DNA of 63,870 bases, the filler included, from Basidiobolus ranarum (lineage: Eukaryota): assembly GCA_040143965.1 (NCBI GenBank). It is 29 parts of 29 records of this genome, joined end to end, with 100 filler letters (N's around TTAATTAATTAA, not from the genome) between each part and the next. Parts side by side here need not be neighbours in the genome. Positions count along the whole stretch, not along the records: positions 11,071 to 13,182 come from JASJQH010010637.1; positions 13,283 to 15,394 come from JASJQH010010638.1; positions 15,495 to 17,605 come from JASJQH010010639.1; positions 17,706 to 19,816 come from JASJQH010010640.1; positions 19,917 to 22,027 come from JASJQH010010641.1; positions 22,128 to 24,237 come from JASJQH010010642.1; positions 24,338 to 26,446 come from JASJQH010010643.1; 22 more parts are not named here. One strand, written 5' to 3'. Numbering within the stretch: the stretch's first letter is position 1; every line of letters begins with the position of its first letter. The translations under genes were made by a program, and so were the position numbers. This document shows, in pieces, positions 12,189 to 26,029 of this stretch. The notes under the pieces were generated by a model that made no database searches, was not told the DNA's origin, and saw nothing but the letters and a program-made list of their open reading frames with translations.

Positions 12189-13182
12189 CTCTATTGGAAA
12201 TAAAATCAATTTGATCCAAATTGGATCCACCCTTCTGGAGCACAAAACCATCAGAGGACCACCACAATATTGGTGTTTTGTATTCTGCCAGATATCTTGA
12301 TGGCAAGATGGTGGCATCCTAATGGTATTATGATGATTATGATACAAGGTGAAATATTGATCCTCAAATTTGGTCTGCATTAGTTAATATCCAATAATTT
12401 TTCAAAAAAACCAATTTTCAAATGGAAAATCAATGAGCTTACTGCTATAGGAGTTCAAATCAATATGTGTATCTTTATTTAGATATTTTAGGCTTTGTAT
12501 TCCAACCATAATGAGAAACAAACAATACATGAATCTCAATGTGTTTAGTCTTGATATATTTAAATACATGACTGACCAAACATATCTCAACAACATTGGT
12601 ATGCTTTACCAGCAAACTAATAGTGCAAAATTGCTAAACATCTGCAATTTAGAGTAGGGCTGACACTTAGCAAATAGAAGACTCTTGTTACCGTTGATAA
12701 TGCACATAAGCTGTTGGATTTTGGCAAATTTCCATAATGAATTCACCTAAAATATCCCCAACTTGCAGTTAACAAATGTCCGGCCACAAGTAGCTATTTC
12801 ACTTCTTGAAAAGAGTACCCCATAGCTAAAACAATACTATTTTGTTTCTCAATATATCTTGCCAAGAAGTCTGTCTTGCAGCTTTCCTAAAAATACTATC
12901 AGATTATCACACCAACCAAATAGTCCAAATTATAGAGGTACCTACTCTGTGTCCATGGATTAGGTTTTGTTGCTATTTTAGTGCTCAGACAATGCAAAAA
13001 CACATGGGCACATTGAAAAGGGCCTTTTGCTGGAAGGTCAATATACTATGGAATCTTGTTAACCTATTGCATTAAATCTATCACTGATTTTGTTGATACA
13101 TTGTTAATCAGATTAGCATATGGTAATACTGATGGCCCTACCAGAAATTTGAGGATTGTTATTGTAGGAAAACTGTCATAAT
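12189..13182. mobile_element. CACTA-like right arm (-, 12189-13135) interrupted by a left terminus (13136-13182)
   Basis: Homologous to 63096-63870 and 19917-20599. CCCTACCAGAAATTTGAGG begins at 13136. Confidence 0.75.
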
Positions 13183-14727
13183 NNNNNNNNNNNNNNNNNN
13201 NNNNNNNNNNNNNNNNNNNNNNNNNNTTAATTAATTAANNNNNNNNNNNNNNNNNNNNNNNNNNNNNNNNNNNNNNNNNNNNCCGTCAAGACCATCAACT
13301 TCCAAAATGGCTACTTTGCCCACAATTGAACAACCCTCCGTAGAAAATTTGGATAGGTTGTTGGTTCACCAAGGCTAGGAGAGTGTTGGCATCAAAGGAA
13401 AGAGCAACTTCCACAAAGAAAAAGAAAGTTATGACTAGATGGCAAAGTGAGAACATCGTGATTGTTGGGTATGATAATATTGTACGAACACACCTGATGT
13501 TCTTATACTTGTCAAAAACTTCATCTTTTGTGGAGGAGGGAACGGATGTAAATTGCTTAATGGCTAAAAGCTCACCATCTAATTCGAATCAATTTTTTCG
13601 TTGTATATTCACTCCACGTTGTATATTCACTCCATCTGATGAGAACTGCTATCTATGTAGAGTATTCCAATTAGCTCACTCAAACTACACGTACCAACCA
13701 ATCCGTTACAACAATGATACTATAAAGCCAATATGAAGAGTCCACGGTTACCTTGATATTTTGTATTGTTACATTCTTTCCAGTTCCCATGCGACGGATC
13801 TCGTTCTTTTGGTCCATGTCCATGCTCTTGGTATCACCATTTAACATAACTTAAAAGGAAATATATAAGATAGGATCATTACTTTATGGGCAATTGTTTG
13901 TATTCCATGAACAACTTGCATTCCATATGAAGGCAAGAACAATCAACGAGAGCTACATGATTGGGGTGGAGTTTGAGGAGGGAACCTTATAAATTGTTGC
14001 AACTACGAACTAATAACACTTACAACCCTACCTACCCTATTAGAAGAGTTTCACGAGAGTACTGGTCTATTTGTTGAGAGCAAGCCAATCACTCAATTTC
14101 CCGGAATACTGACAAATGGCAAAAAGAATTTAATCAAACTGGTGGCGGGATTGATGGCGGGCTCTCAAGCAAACATATCTATGAATGACATTAGCCACTC
14201 ATCTACTTTGGATTGACTGATACAGTCCTAGCCCCAATTCCTGAATGACCAGTTTTGCAGATATAAGATCAAAATGAGTCACAAATTGAAGTAAATATGG
14301 ATAAAATTAACTAGACTTGAGAGATTGATAGAGTGGATAAATTAACTAGACTCGTTTCAGTTTAAATTTTCATATTATAATACTTGCCATTCTGAATCTA
14401 TATTACATAATTGTATATGAGAAATAAGTTTTTGAATGCCAAATTGAAGTGACACAAACCTTGACTTACAAGTTGGATAACAAATAAAATAGACTCAAAT
14501 TTGAAGGATGTAAAAGAAAGAAGTTAGCTAGCAGTCATTCGGGATTGAATTGAAGCTTCAAGGGTGTCATTTTATTGAAACAAATACAAACTGCCACTTT
14601 TTCTTCCGCTATCTCAAACTCTGACTAATATCCTTTGAGGAGCATGTGGAACCGCACACATGACAAATGAAGTCAAAATCCTGTACTTGACTTCAAATTG
14701 TATGTGACTGATGTGAAATATTAAATT

Positions 14728-14808
14728 GAAGAAAATAGAATTGCAACCTATGCCCCCGTAGAGATTGTGACTTTAATACTACGCCTTAGACCACTCAAGC
14801 ATCGCATC
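14728..14808 (-). pseudogene. Degenerate tRNA-Leu-like pseudogene
   Basis: The minus strand has a D-arm TGCTTGAGTGGTCTAAGGCG, a long variable arm TCTCTACGGGGG and a decayed T-arm ATAGGTTGCAATTCTAT. Acceptor and anticodon stems no longer pair well. Confidence 0.6.
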
Positions 14809-15105
14809 TTATACAAACTATTTTGAGGATTTATTCCACTCTGCAATTAGTTTGGGATCCAGTATCTATTACACGGAACAGGTTTTGTATTGAATACATT
14901 TGTATGGCATCTCAGATGGCCACCATAGTATATGAAAGAGAATCATATGATGAATAAAAATATATCATTAAGTAGTATCCATACAAAAGATGGCCAATTG
15001 TTAAATTCCTGCGAGGGACATACTTTCCATATATAAATGTCATTGCAATTAGCAAAAAGTATATTGTTAAGTATTCCATGAGGAGTAGAACTAAGCTTGA
15101 GTGTC

Positions 15106-15394
15106 TGTTGGATAATTGATCTTTATTCAACAGCATAGTTAACTTTAGCTATGATACATATATCAGAAACAGAAAGCAACTTATCTATAGCCCCTATGTT
15201 CTAAATAGGAATATCTCTATATCTATATAACAAGTATGTCTTATTCCCCTACTTATCTATTATATAAGTCACCATGTATTCTTAAGAATAAAGTAACTAA
15301 AACACAGTATCGTAAGTTGCTTCTAATACCCAAAGTCTACCCCCATTATGTCAAGCTCCTCCAACATGGTAGCAGCAAGTGAATTAGAGTCTTC
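15106..15394 (+). mobile_element. 5' LTR (15106-15366) plus primer-binding site
   Basis: Inverted termini TGTTGGA...TCCAACA with internal TATATAA and AATAAA, immediately followed by TGGTAGCAGC (tRNA 3'-end complement, Met-like). Confidence 0.75.
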
Positions 15395-15609
15395 NNNNNN
15401 NNNNNNNNNNNNNNNNNNNNNNNNNNNNNNNNNNNNNNTTAATTAATTAANNNNNNNNNNNNNNNNNNNNNNNNNNNNNNNNNNNNNNNNNNNNGATTCC
15501 AGTAGATAAGGAGGTTATTAGCGAAGGTTGCGCCAACGCCAACTTTCGACATGTTTATTCCCACGTTGTAACTGATAATAGCTGCTTAAACAGCAGGAAC
15601 TACAATATT

Positions 15610-16800
15610 ATACGATACAGTCCTTATATCGGATATTAGTTCTCAATATTTTCACCTTATTACACGTTGTGATTATGAAGTTGGCGTTTGCTGTAAGAGG
15701 TCAGTTATATTTCGAGCCTAAGCATCATTCACTCTGGTAGCTCGTACCCGGGTACAGTTCTGCTATCCCTCATGTTGATCCCGCTATTTTCACCCTAGGT
15801 GTTCCTACCCTAGGAATTCATGTTCAGAAGAAAATTACCTTAGTATGACTATCTTAACGACGTGCAACCTAGCAATTGTCTACCATGTTGAATATCATCA
15901 AACTCAATGAACATTCTTTTGTCGATCTCCTTTTCAACAAAATGAAAGGTGAATGCAGATCTGTATGCCTCATGGAGATCAATTATCTGAGCCACCCTAG
16001 GGTTATTGCATCATTGGTGGTACCAATACTTAAGCTGTCATCGCCAATGAGAAGAGATATATCTTCGGTATTCATTCCATCCTGTAGCTACCCATACGGG
16101 TTGGCTCTTTTCAAGAATTCCGTCATCGATGTTAGCAAGTGTAAAGCCAATTGGACTATGAAATCATTCATTAATAAAGAAATCAAAAGAATTCGTAGGA
16201 TTGCTGCTCCTACTACTCAAGGTGTTGGTGCAATTTCTGGTGGCGTCGATTTCACTATTACTGCTCAACTCATAACTGTAATTATTGGTGATTATTTGCA
16301 TGACATACTTATAGAGAACGGTGCTGAGCGCCTCAACGAGTGCCAAGATGTAAAGGGTACTCTTGGTGAACGTTCATCTTATATTTGCTGATGCTACTGA
16401 TTTATCCTTATGCAAACTTGAGAGTCACGGATCGTGAAAAAAAGTGCAAAATCGCGGATAATACTTTCATTTAGACTGCTATTCTTGACACTGAATTTGA
16501 GTCAGTTGGTAGAGAATAGATTGAATTCTTGCTTCAAGGTACCCTTTACTCTGATGCTGCTGCATTCAGTGATCCCGCTCCTGCCTTATTAGTGACTTCT
16601 TGAACGATATGAAACTGAAGCTTACAGAGCCTCTTCATAAACTATTCAAGGATGGGTTCGCTCCCTTGGAAATGTCATGGGATTAACTTCTCTGATGTCA
16701 TCTTTCCGTATGTCCTGGTGTTGCTATCCGTATTCTTGGCGAAGCCACCAAGCTAGGTCAAGTTATTACGGCTATCAACTGGTACCCCGTACCTTACGAT
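15610..16800 (+). pseudogene. GUA1: Processed, degraded GMP synthase pseudogene
   Basis: Decayed motifs in correct order with no recognisable introns: YDTVLISDISSQY, ANWTMKSFINKEI, GAISGGVD, VTDREKK-KI, EFLLQGTLY-D, MKLKLTEPL-KLFKD, PGVAIRILGE. Many stops, indels and deletions. Confidence 0.9.
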
Positions 16801-18079
16801 ATTATCTAGTAGAATTATCAATGAAGTCAAGATGCCAATTGTGTGGTACACGATAGCATCAAGCTTCTTTCCACTCTTGAATGATAGTCAGAATCAAATA
16901 TGTTGTAACTACTCTATTCTATTTACATGAGAAAGTGTACATCTATTCTACTCAAATTTAAGAACACCTAACATACGTACGATCTTATCCACATCTCATC
17001 TAGACTGTACTTCTGTTTAACTGGTCCACTTTGAATAAAGATGGATTCTATTACTTACATACCTTGGCGCACACATTTTTGATTGACTATCGGATTCATG
17101 CATGTTTATTATTAACAACTATAAATCAGGGTCCAAAGGGATTTGACGATAATTAGATTAGCAAATTAGTGTGACATTTACAGAGGCGAAAGTAAATAGG
17201 AAGAGGTGTGGACGAATTAATTGGCTTGAAAGCTGATACTAATTTTAGATCAAAGATGGCGGAGACAAAAGATGGACACAGAAACACGGAAAGATGAGAA
17301 TCAATTTCAGGAAAAATATACGATCAAATAAAGCAAAGAACTGTACATATCTGAATGTTCGGATCTTGGGACAAAATCCGCACACTGGACGAAGGAGAGG
17401 CTATCTTTTAAACAAAAAATAACTTCTTTAATTTACTTACGCACCTTCCCCATGGGTGAGGTTTCGTAGGGCGTGTAGATACCGATGCAGATGAAGTGCG
17501 TTTACATTTCGTAAGTTCGGTGGATTTAGCGATATCTTTAGACTTCTCTGCTTCAGGGAGAGAGTCGCTCAAAAGTGTCGCAGAAGTGTTACCTATCTGG
17601 ATAAGNNNNNNNNNNNNNNNNNNNNNNNNNNNNNNNNNNNNNNNNNNNNTTAATTAATTAANNNNNNNNNNNNNNNNNNNNNNNNNNNNNNNNNNNNNNN
17701 NNNNNGATCAAGGAATACATGGGGCTTTTATAGTTATTGCAAGGTGAGACATAATATACTGATTAGGGAATACACTGTGGTAAGTTTGAGAGTTGGGGTG
17801 TTAGGGACTACAATGACCAATACAAAGAGGGATGATGTAAGGATGGTCAGGTGACCTTCCATGGAAGTTTTTGGTGGAAATACACCATGTCTGAGATGAC
17901 ATGATTGGTTAGGTTTCATAGATTATTCCAAAAAACATGTCTTCCATATAAGGTATTCTGGATGAGCTAACACCAGACTGCCAAGAAGGGATGGCACAGC
18001 AGCTATGATGTAAATAATCTAATAATAGATGCATTCCATTTGCAATTGATCAGTATGCCGAAATCAGAATCATGACAAT

Positions 18080-18800
18080 ATCTGCTGGTATATCTGACTC
18101 TGGAAATACTGATCTTTGTGAAGGTGTAAAGAATTTGGTAAGTGGGATAGTAGAGCCCAAGCTCACTGGCTCCTACACTCTTCACTTGGGTTTACTAACT
18201 TTCTGCTCCTTGAATATCTCTTTAGCTGATCTTCTTTCTATTCCAAGTCAATAATTGCATATATTATTGAGATGTTTCATGAATAGGCCTATACTAGCCC
18301 AATTGCCATTTGCTTGCAAAAACCAAGAATAAGCCACAAGAAATAAGTCAAGTACCTTCAGAGTAATGCCTGGTATATTAGTTCTTCACAGTCAGCTCAA
18401 ATCAAGGTAATTTTGGGCAAGATTCAATTTTGTTTCCAAAATGTTAAGACACTCATCATCAAAGCAAGTGACAACAGCTCCAACATTCAGAATCTTTTGG
18501 CTTGCTGATTTTCCTGTGAGATTTCTGCTTTCATATGTGCAAGCAATTTTGGGTTGTTATGTGACTTAATTGTCCTACACACAATCTGCTGTGTTTGATT
18601 TTAACAGTGATTTTCACAAAGATTTTCATACATATGGTGTGGGATTGATTGAAATCCTGTATGAGAATTGATGGAAGGAGCAACATGTTGCCATTGCTCC
18701 AGTACAGCAATCTGTAGGTCTTGTTTTATTATACAGTGACTCTATAACTTAAGACTAGTTGCTTCAGAATGCTGCATTAATTGCAAGATTTAATATTATT
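18080..18800 (-). mobile_element. CACTA-like accessory ORF region, decayed
   Basis: Reverse complement of about 38130-38810; also matches 54440-55083. Confidence 0.7.
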
Positions 18801-19816
18801 AGACTTGTTCCATCAGACCAGGTCAGATTGTGCCGCTCAATCCAGCCTGCTAGTACACCATCTGGCATGATCTGTTAATTACCATGGCTGGGTCCTAAAA
18901 CACTTGATTGAACACTATAAGGAACAATATGGCACTATCCCACCATAATCAGACATGATGATTTTATTGGAGATATTGTGCCAGGCCATACCAAGTTACC
19001 CAATTTGATATTGCCAAATTACAATTTGGGATAATTGACAAAGCAAGTTCATCCCCTAGTTTGTAAGTTACTAATTACTGAATGTGTAATAATAAACAAT
19101 CTATACTGTAACTTACCCAATCAAATGTATAATAGTGATATTCACATGTTTTTAGGCCAATCATTTGTCCCTCACTAATACAGTATCCTGATTTTCAATT
19201 GGGCACAACAGCTCCTGCATTACAAGACACCAGTAGTTTTGGCACACTGGTCACAAATCATAGCACTCATTGATGGAACAATCTGAAGTATGATAGTAGT
19301 GAGCAAGATTGCTTGATTCATCATTTTTAGTTCAGCAAATTATTCATTCAATCATGTAAGCTTCTGATTGGGTGAAAATGTGAACAGATTGAGCCATGTC
19401 AAGCCAATACAGCTATGCAGGCTTTTTATTGACAGACATTTTTCATATGATTGTAGTGAAATTACTTGTATTAATAGGCAATCATTGATTTTTTTGATAT
19501 ATGACAATTTCACACTATCAGTGTTCATAAACACATAAGCAATTATGATCCAACTAAAGCAATTTATGCTATATTTAACTGCAATCCATATCAATTTTGC
19601 ATGATGTGCTAAACAGCAAAGTTAGGATAATGTAAGTATTAACAATAGTATTCAGCAGCTGCTTAGGTATGAAGAAGTACATGCTGATTTGCTTCTGTTA
19701 CTTTTGTTGTCTCCTTGATATTTCCACTCAAGGAACTTTGATTGAACCTCTGCACTGGGTTGGTCGGTTTGATCCTGCTGAAGTTCCCTTAATTCAATTA
19801 ATGAGTCAACCAGCCA
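18801..19816. mobile_element. PIF/Harbinger-type element end, subfamily B, with decayed Cys-rich ORF on -
   Basis: Starts AGACTTGTTCCATC after ATT and is colinear with 6014-6545. Confidence 0.75.
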
Positions 19817-19916
19817 NNNNNNNNNNNNNNNNNNNNNNNNNNNNNNNNNNNNNNNNNNNNTTAATTAATTAANNNNNNNNNNNNNNNNNNNNNNNNNNNN
19901 NNNNNNNNNNNNNNNN

Positions 19917-20599
19917 GACTTCTTGGTGAGATAGATGGAGATACGCAGTATTATTGTTTTAGCCATGGGGTAATCTATTCAAGCATTTACACATCTACTT
20001 GTGGCAGGACATTTGTTGACTGCAAGTTGGGGATATATTGGCTGAATTCTTTACGGAAATTTGTCAAAATCCAAGAGCTTATTCTCATTGGGAATGGTAA
20101 AAAGAGTCAGCTATTTGCAAAATGTCAGTGCTATTCAAAATTTCAGATGTTTAGCAATTTTTCCACTGTTAGTTTGCTGGTAAAACATATTGATGTTGTT
20201 GAGTTACATCTAATCAGTCAAGTATGTGCATATGTAGAGACTAACCACAACAAGATTCTCGTATTTTTTGATTCTGATTATGGCTGGAATACAAAGCCTA
20301 CAATATCTAAATAAAGGCATGCATATTAATTTAAATTCCTACAGCAGTAAACCCAGTAATTTGCTATTTGAATGATAAATTTCTGCAAAAATTGCTGGAT
20401 GTTGAATGATGCATGCAAAATTTGAGGATCAATATTTTAACATGTATGAATACCATTAAGATACTGTCAAGAAACTGCCATCACACCATCAAAATCCCTG
20501 GCAGAATGCAAGCCAAAAATATTGTGACAGTTCTCTGACAGTTTTGCTATTTCTGAGGGTGGATCCAATCCAGATCAAATCTATTTTATTTTGTTAGGG
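19917..20599 (+). mobile_element. CACTA-like right arm and terminus
   Basis: Ends TTGTTAGGG; homologous to 1-190, 12189-12830 (rc) and 63096-63780 (rc). Confidence 0.8.
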
Positions 20600-20857
20600 T
20601 TTGTTTTGCATCAATTGACTTGTTGCAGGGCCTAAGGTGGGCCGTCTTTGTTAGACAGTCAAAAGTTACCAAAATTGAATCACATTAGGCAGACAAGGGT
20701 AGATAAGTTATGAAATCCAGGGATATGGATTTCCACCACTGATCAGAAATTGGAAGTGGCTATAGGAGGCCATGGGGCTGTGTTGGAGTCTTCACTTGAG
20801 CACAAGTATCACAGGTGGAAATATAAGTCTTGACAAATGCAAGCATTTTGGGCCACC
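20600..20857 (-). mobile_element. Ty3/gypsy integrase fragment
   Basis: WWPKM...YISTCDTC...HGLL*PLPI...WKSISLDFIT-LP...DSILV. Confidence 0.85.
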
Positions 20858-21868
20858 ATCTAACAGAAATTTGAGGATTAAGATCATAGGAAAACCATCA
20901 CAATTTTAATCCATTGAGGATTGACTTTTTGCTCACCATCATAAAATCATCAAGCTAGATTTGATTTTAATGAATTTTATCACTTTCAGGAGTGAAATTT
21001 CAAGATCTTGTAAATTAGTTGCACATGATTGGCTACAATCTCAGAGAACTATGGATCAACACATGTGCAAAAAACATAACTCAAATTTTACACAATTACC
21101 AATTGAATGCAAATTTGTCATCTTCAAAATCCCTAGTCTCTTTGATATATTCTTCTGAATATTTTATAGAGTTCTTCATATCCAAGGTTTAGTTCATACC
21201 CAACATGAGTTTGTATCAATATCTCCATCAAAGCCCACCATTGTATTAATATTGCTGAATCAACATTCTTCCCACTATCTGGTAGATACCCTGCAATATT
21301 GTGCCCTACTGTATTAAGTTCTCCCCAGATAACTGCAGGGTCAACACCAGACTGAATGTCAAGTTGAATGTTTGTCTTCTGAAGCCACTTTCTGCATATT
21401 TGCACTGCAATTTTCTCTTGATACTTTTGAAAATACTTCTTAATCACTTTGCCTATTTTTTTACAACCTTGTAGTGTGGCACTACTGAGAGTGCTTTGTG
21501 GTGATTGTGCAGCTTTTTGCTTGCCTTTACCTTTGGGGCTAATTTCACACTTTGAAAAGTACCAGTTGAGGTTGGAGAGCCATGAGTTTTATTTACTGGT
21601 GTTTTGGCTTGTTGAGAGGTGCCAGGTGTTGGACAAACTTCCAAATTTAGCACTCTTCCCACTGGTGAACCTGGTTCCATGGAGAAATTAAGCTTTTTTG
21701 CCAGTATATTAGACTCTGGAAATACAGATCTTTGTCACATTGTGAAGAGTTTAGTAAGTGGGACAGTAGATCCTAAACTCACTGGCTCCTTTGCTTTTCC
21801 CTTGAGTTTACTAACTTCCTGCTCCTTTAGTACTTCTTTTGCTGCTTTTCATTCTTTTCCAAGTCAAT
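20858..21868 (-). mobile_element. CACTA-like left terminus and accessory ORF 3' part
   Basis: (AT)CTAACAGAAATTTGAGG terminus; colinear with 53603-54610 and, as reverse complement, with 38640-39475. Confidence 0.75.
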
Positions 21869-22127
21869 GAAAGTTGAAAGTCTGGTGACTTGTGGTACAA
21901 GCAGTAATTCCCAAAGTGGAAAATATGGAGTATGGTGACTTCATCTGAACACAAAGTCTAAGGCCAATCAGTTGCTTGTATAGCTGAAATGCCAAAGCAC
22001 CATACATTGACAGACTAGGGTGAGGTTNNNNNNNNNNNNNNNNNNNNNNNNNNNNNNNNNNNNNNNNNNNNTTAATTAATTAANNNNNNNNNNNNNNNNN
22101 NNNNNNNNNNNNNNNNNNNNNNNNNNN

Positions 22128-23675
22128 GATTTACATTAAATGGATGTAAAAACAGTCTTTCTGATTGGAATTCTGGAAGAAGATACCTTTATGGAGCAAC
22201 CAGATGGATTTGTTGATCCAAAACATTCTGATATAGTCTGTAAACTGCTAAAGTTGGTTTATGGACTCAAGCAAGCACCTAGGGCTTGGTACCACAAGAA
22301 AGATACCTATTTGGAAGCATTACAATTGCAAAAATGCACAGCTGATCATGGTATTTATATCAAAACAACTGGAAACAGGATCCTTATCTTAGCACTATAT
22401 GTGGATGACTTAATCATAGCCACATATGATCAAGAGGCACTTAATCAGACAAAAAGCAGCTTATCAAACTAACGTCAGATGACTGCTAAGGGTGAATTAA
22501 GTTACTTTCTTCAAATCTAAATCAAGTGACATAAACCCAATAAGAAAATCATGCTAAATCAGTCTAGATACATCCTAGGCATCTTAAAACACTTCAACAT
22601 GGAGAATAGCAAGCCTGTATCAACCCCAATGGATCCCTATGTGAAATTATTCAAAATTTCATCCAATTACGGCCAAAATGACTGAAATCAAAGCCAGGAG
22701 TTCCCTTATCAATCCATGTGGGTAGCTTATTGTATACAATGGTTGGAACATATCCAGACATTGCTGTACAGTGGGATCTTTCAGCCAAAATCTCAAGAAT
22801 CTAGGATCTGAGCACAAAACTGAAGTACAACAAACATTGAGATGTTTGAAAGGAGCTGTAGATCTGGTTCTGTAATACTCTGCCACTCCTGATGCACAAA
22901 AACTTGAAGGCTACAGTTTTGCAGACTGGGGAAGAAATCTTGGTGATAGCAGATGAACAACTGGGAGCACTTTTCTCTATGATAATGGAGCCATAATTTG
23001 GAATAGTAAGAAGCAACCAAGCATAGCATTTTCCACTACAGATGCAGAGTATATGGCTGCCTCTGCTACTAAATAAGAAGCTATGTGGTTAAGGAAGTTA
23101 TTTACAGACTTAGGATACATACAAACACGTGCTATTACTGTATTTGAAGATAATCAAAGTTGTATTTTGTTAGCTAAAAACCTTCCATTTCATACTTGAA
23201 CAAAACATATAGAAATTTGGCATCATTTTGTTAGAAGAGCAATGAAGAATGATATAATTGACTTGTCTATTGCCCTACTGAAGGAGTGATAGCTGATATC
23301 TTAACCAAACCTTTAGCTAAAGCACAATCTGAATTATTAAGATATAAGTTAGGTTTAAGAGAAACACAAAATAATTAGTTGAGTTGATATATTGAAATGA
23401 GGTAAATAGCAACTTGTTCTTTGCTAGTTAATTTATTCATATTCAGATTATTTATCACTCAGTTCTGCCATTCAAAGACGTGTGTTTATTGCTCAATTGT
23501 AAGAAAAATCATTTTGATCGCTTTTACCAATTTTCACTATTTTCTCAAAACTTCTCCAAATCATCTCGAATTTTCACCCATGCTTAACAGGCATGTTTGT
23601 TGTGATTTGAGCACATCCAATAGTCCTATATCACAGTAAACTCTAAATAGGACATATTCAATTCAATAAAACTTA
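22128..23675 (+). mobile_element. Ty1/copia RT-RNase H remnant with 3' LTR (~23390-23675)
   Basis: MDVKTVFL, YGLKQAPRAWY, LYVDDLII, KKQPSIA-STT-AEY, IADILTKPL. The LTR matches 41029-41328 and 51884-52184 in reverse complement. Confidence 0.92.
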
Positions 23676-23689
23676 TTAAATGGTTCATA

Positions 23690-24237
23690 AGCCCCCACCA
23701 ATTACCAGGCCTTTGCTGATGTCTTTGATAAGAAGAAATCTGATATACTCCCAGCTCACCACCCATAGGATTGCCCTTTAGATCTACAAGAAGGAAATCA
23801 ACCATCATTTGGGCCTATATATGGGCTGACCAAGCTAGAACTCAAGATACTGAAAGTGTATATTGCAGAAAATCTGGAGAAAGGATTTATCCAACATTGA
23901 AAGTCCCCAGCAGCCTCTGCAATCTAATTTGTTCAGAAAAAGGATGGATCCCTCTGTCTCTGGGTTGATTATCAAGGCTTAAATAGCATTATAGTCAAAA
24001 ATTGGTACTGCTTGCCATTAATTAACTCACTCTTGGATCAGCTTGCTTCAGCCAAGATGTTTACAAAGATTTATCTAAGAGGTGCTTCTAATCTTGTAAG
24101 AATCAAACCTGAAGACCAATAGAAAACTGCCTTTTGAACTAGGTATGGACAATTTGAATACAATGTCATGCCATTTGGACTTACTAATGCCCCTGCAGTC
24201 TTTCAACACATGATGAATGATATCTTCAGAGAGTGTC
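23690..24237 (+). mobile_element. Ty3/gypsy (Tf2/chromovirus-like) reverse transcriptase remnant
   Basis: [63 protein letters not shown]. Confidence 0.93.
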
Positions 24238-24337
24238 NNNNNNNNNNNNNNNNNNNNNNNNNNNNNNNNNNNNNNNNNNNNTTAATTAATTAANNNNNNN
24301 NNNNNNNNNNNNNNNNNNNNNNNNNNNNNNNNNNNNN

Positions 24338-24540
24338 ATTTTCACCCAATTAGAAGCTTACATGATTGAATAAATAATTTGCTGATCTAAAAATGATGAA
24401 TCAAGTGATCCTGATCACTACTATCATACTGCAGATCAATCCATCATCGAGTGCTGTGATTTGTCACTGGTGTGCCAAAACTACTGGTGTTTTGTAATGC
24501 AGGAGCTGTTGTGCCCAATTGAAAATCAGGATACTGTGTT
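24338..24540 (+). mobile_element. Internal fragment of Harbinger-type subfamily B
   Basis: Reverse complement of about 19180-19380 and 6390-6545. Ends abruptly with no TIR. Confidence 0.7.
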
Positions 24541-24599
24541 ATTTTGATATATTTTGAAGGACAAATTGACGCATATTTCTCATTCGCATTTCGACTTAG

Positions 24600-25619
<1,020 letters not shown>

Positions 25620-26029
25620 TTGCATGGATAGAAATCCACCCTCTCACTTACAACATAAACCTCTCATGACAGATTAATCGTTATTTCTCAAATAAGTTAT
25701 AGCTTAAAACCAAACCATGCGATCAACTTGTACTGTTCGATAATAAAATATGCACTATTATAGAAACGTAATGGACCCAATTGATCTTCAATAGGAACCA
25801 GTAACTTTTTAAGTTGCAAGTGGGCCAAAAACAATGACAAATGTAGAGTGAAACAGATTCAAGATTTTATTATCATACGACGTACGAGAACGTGTTGGAA
25901 GTTCATTAACCAAAAGTTAATTTGTGCGAGTTGAAGAAAGGTAGAGTAAATTGTTCAAGCAGAAAGTAAGATGGACGAATATAAAGCGACTACGCTACTA
26001 TGTGATGAAAAGGGAAGTCAGTGGTATTT

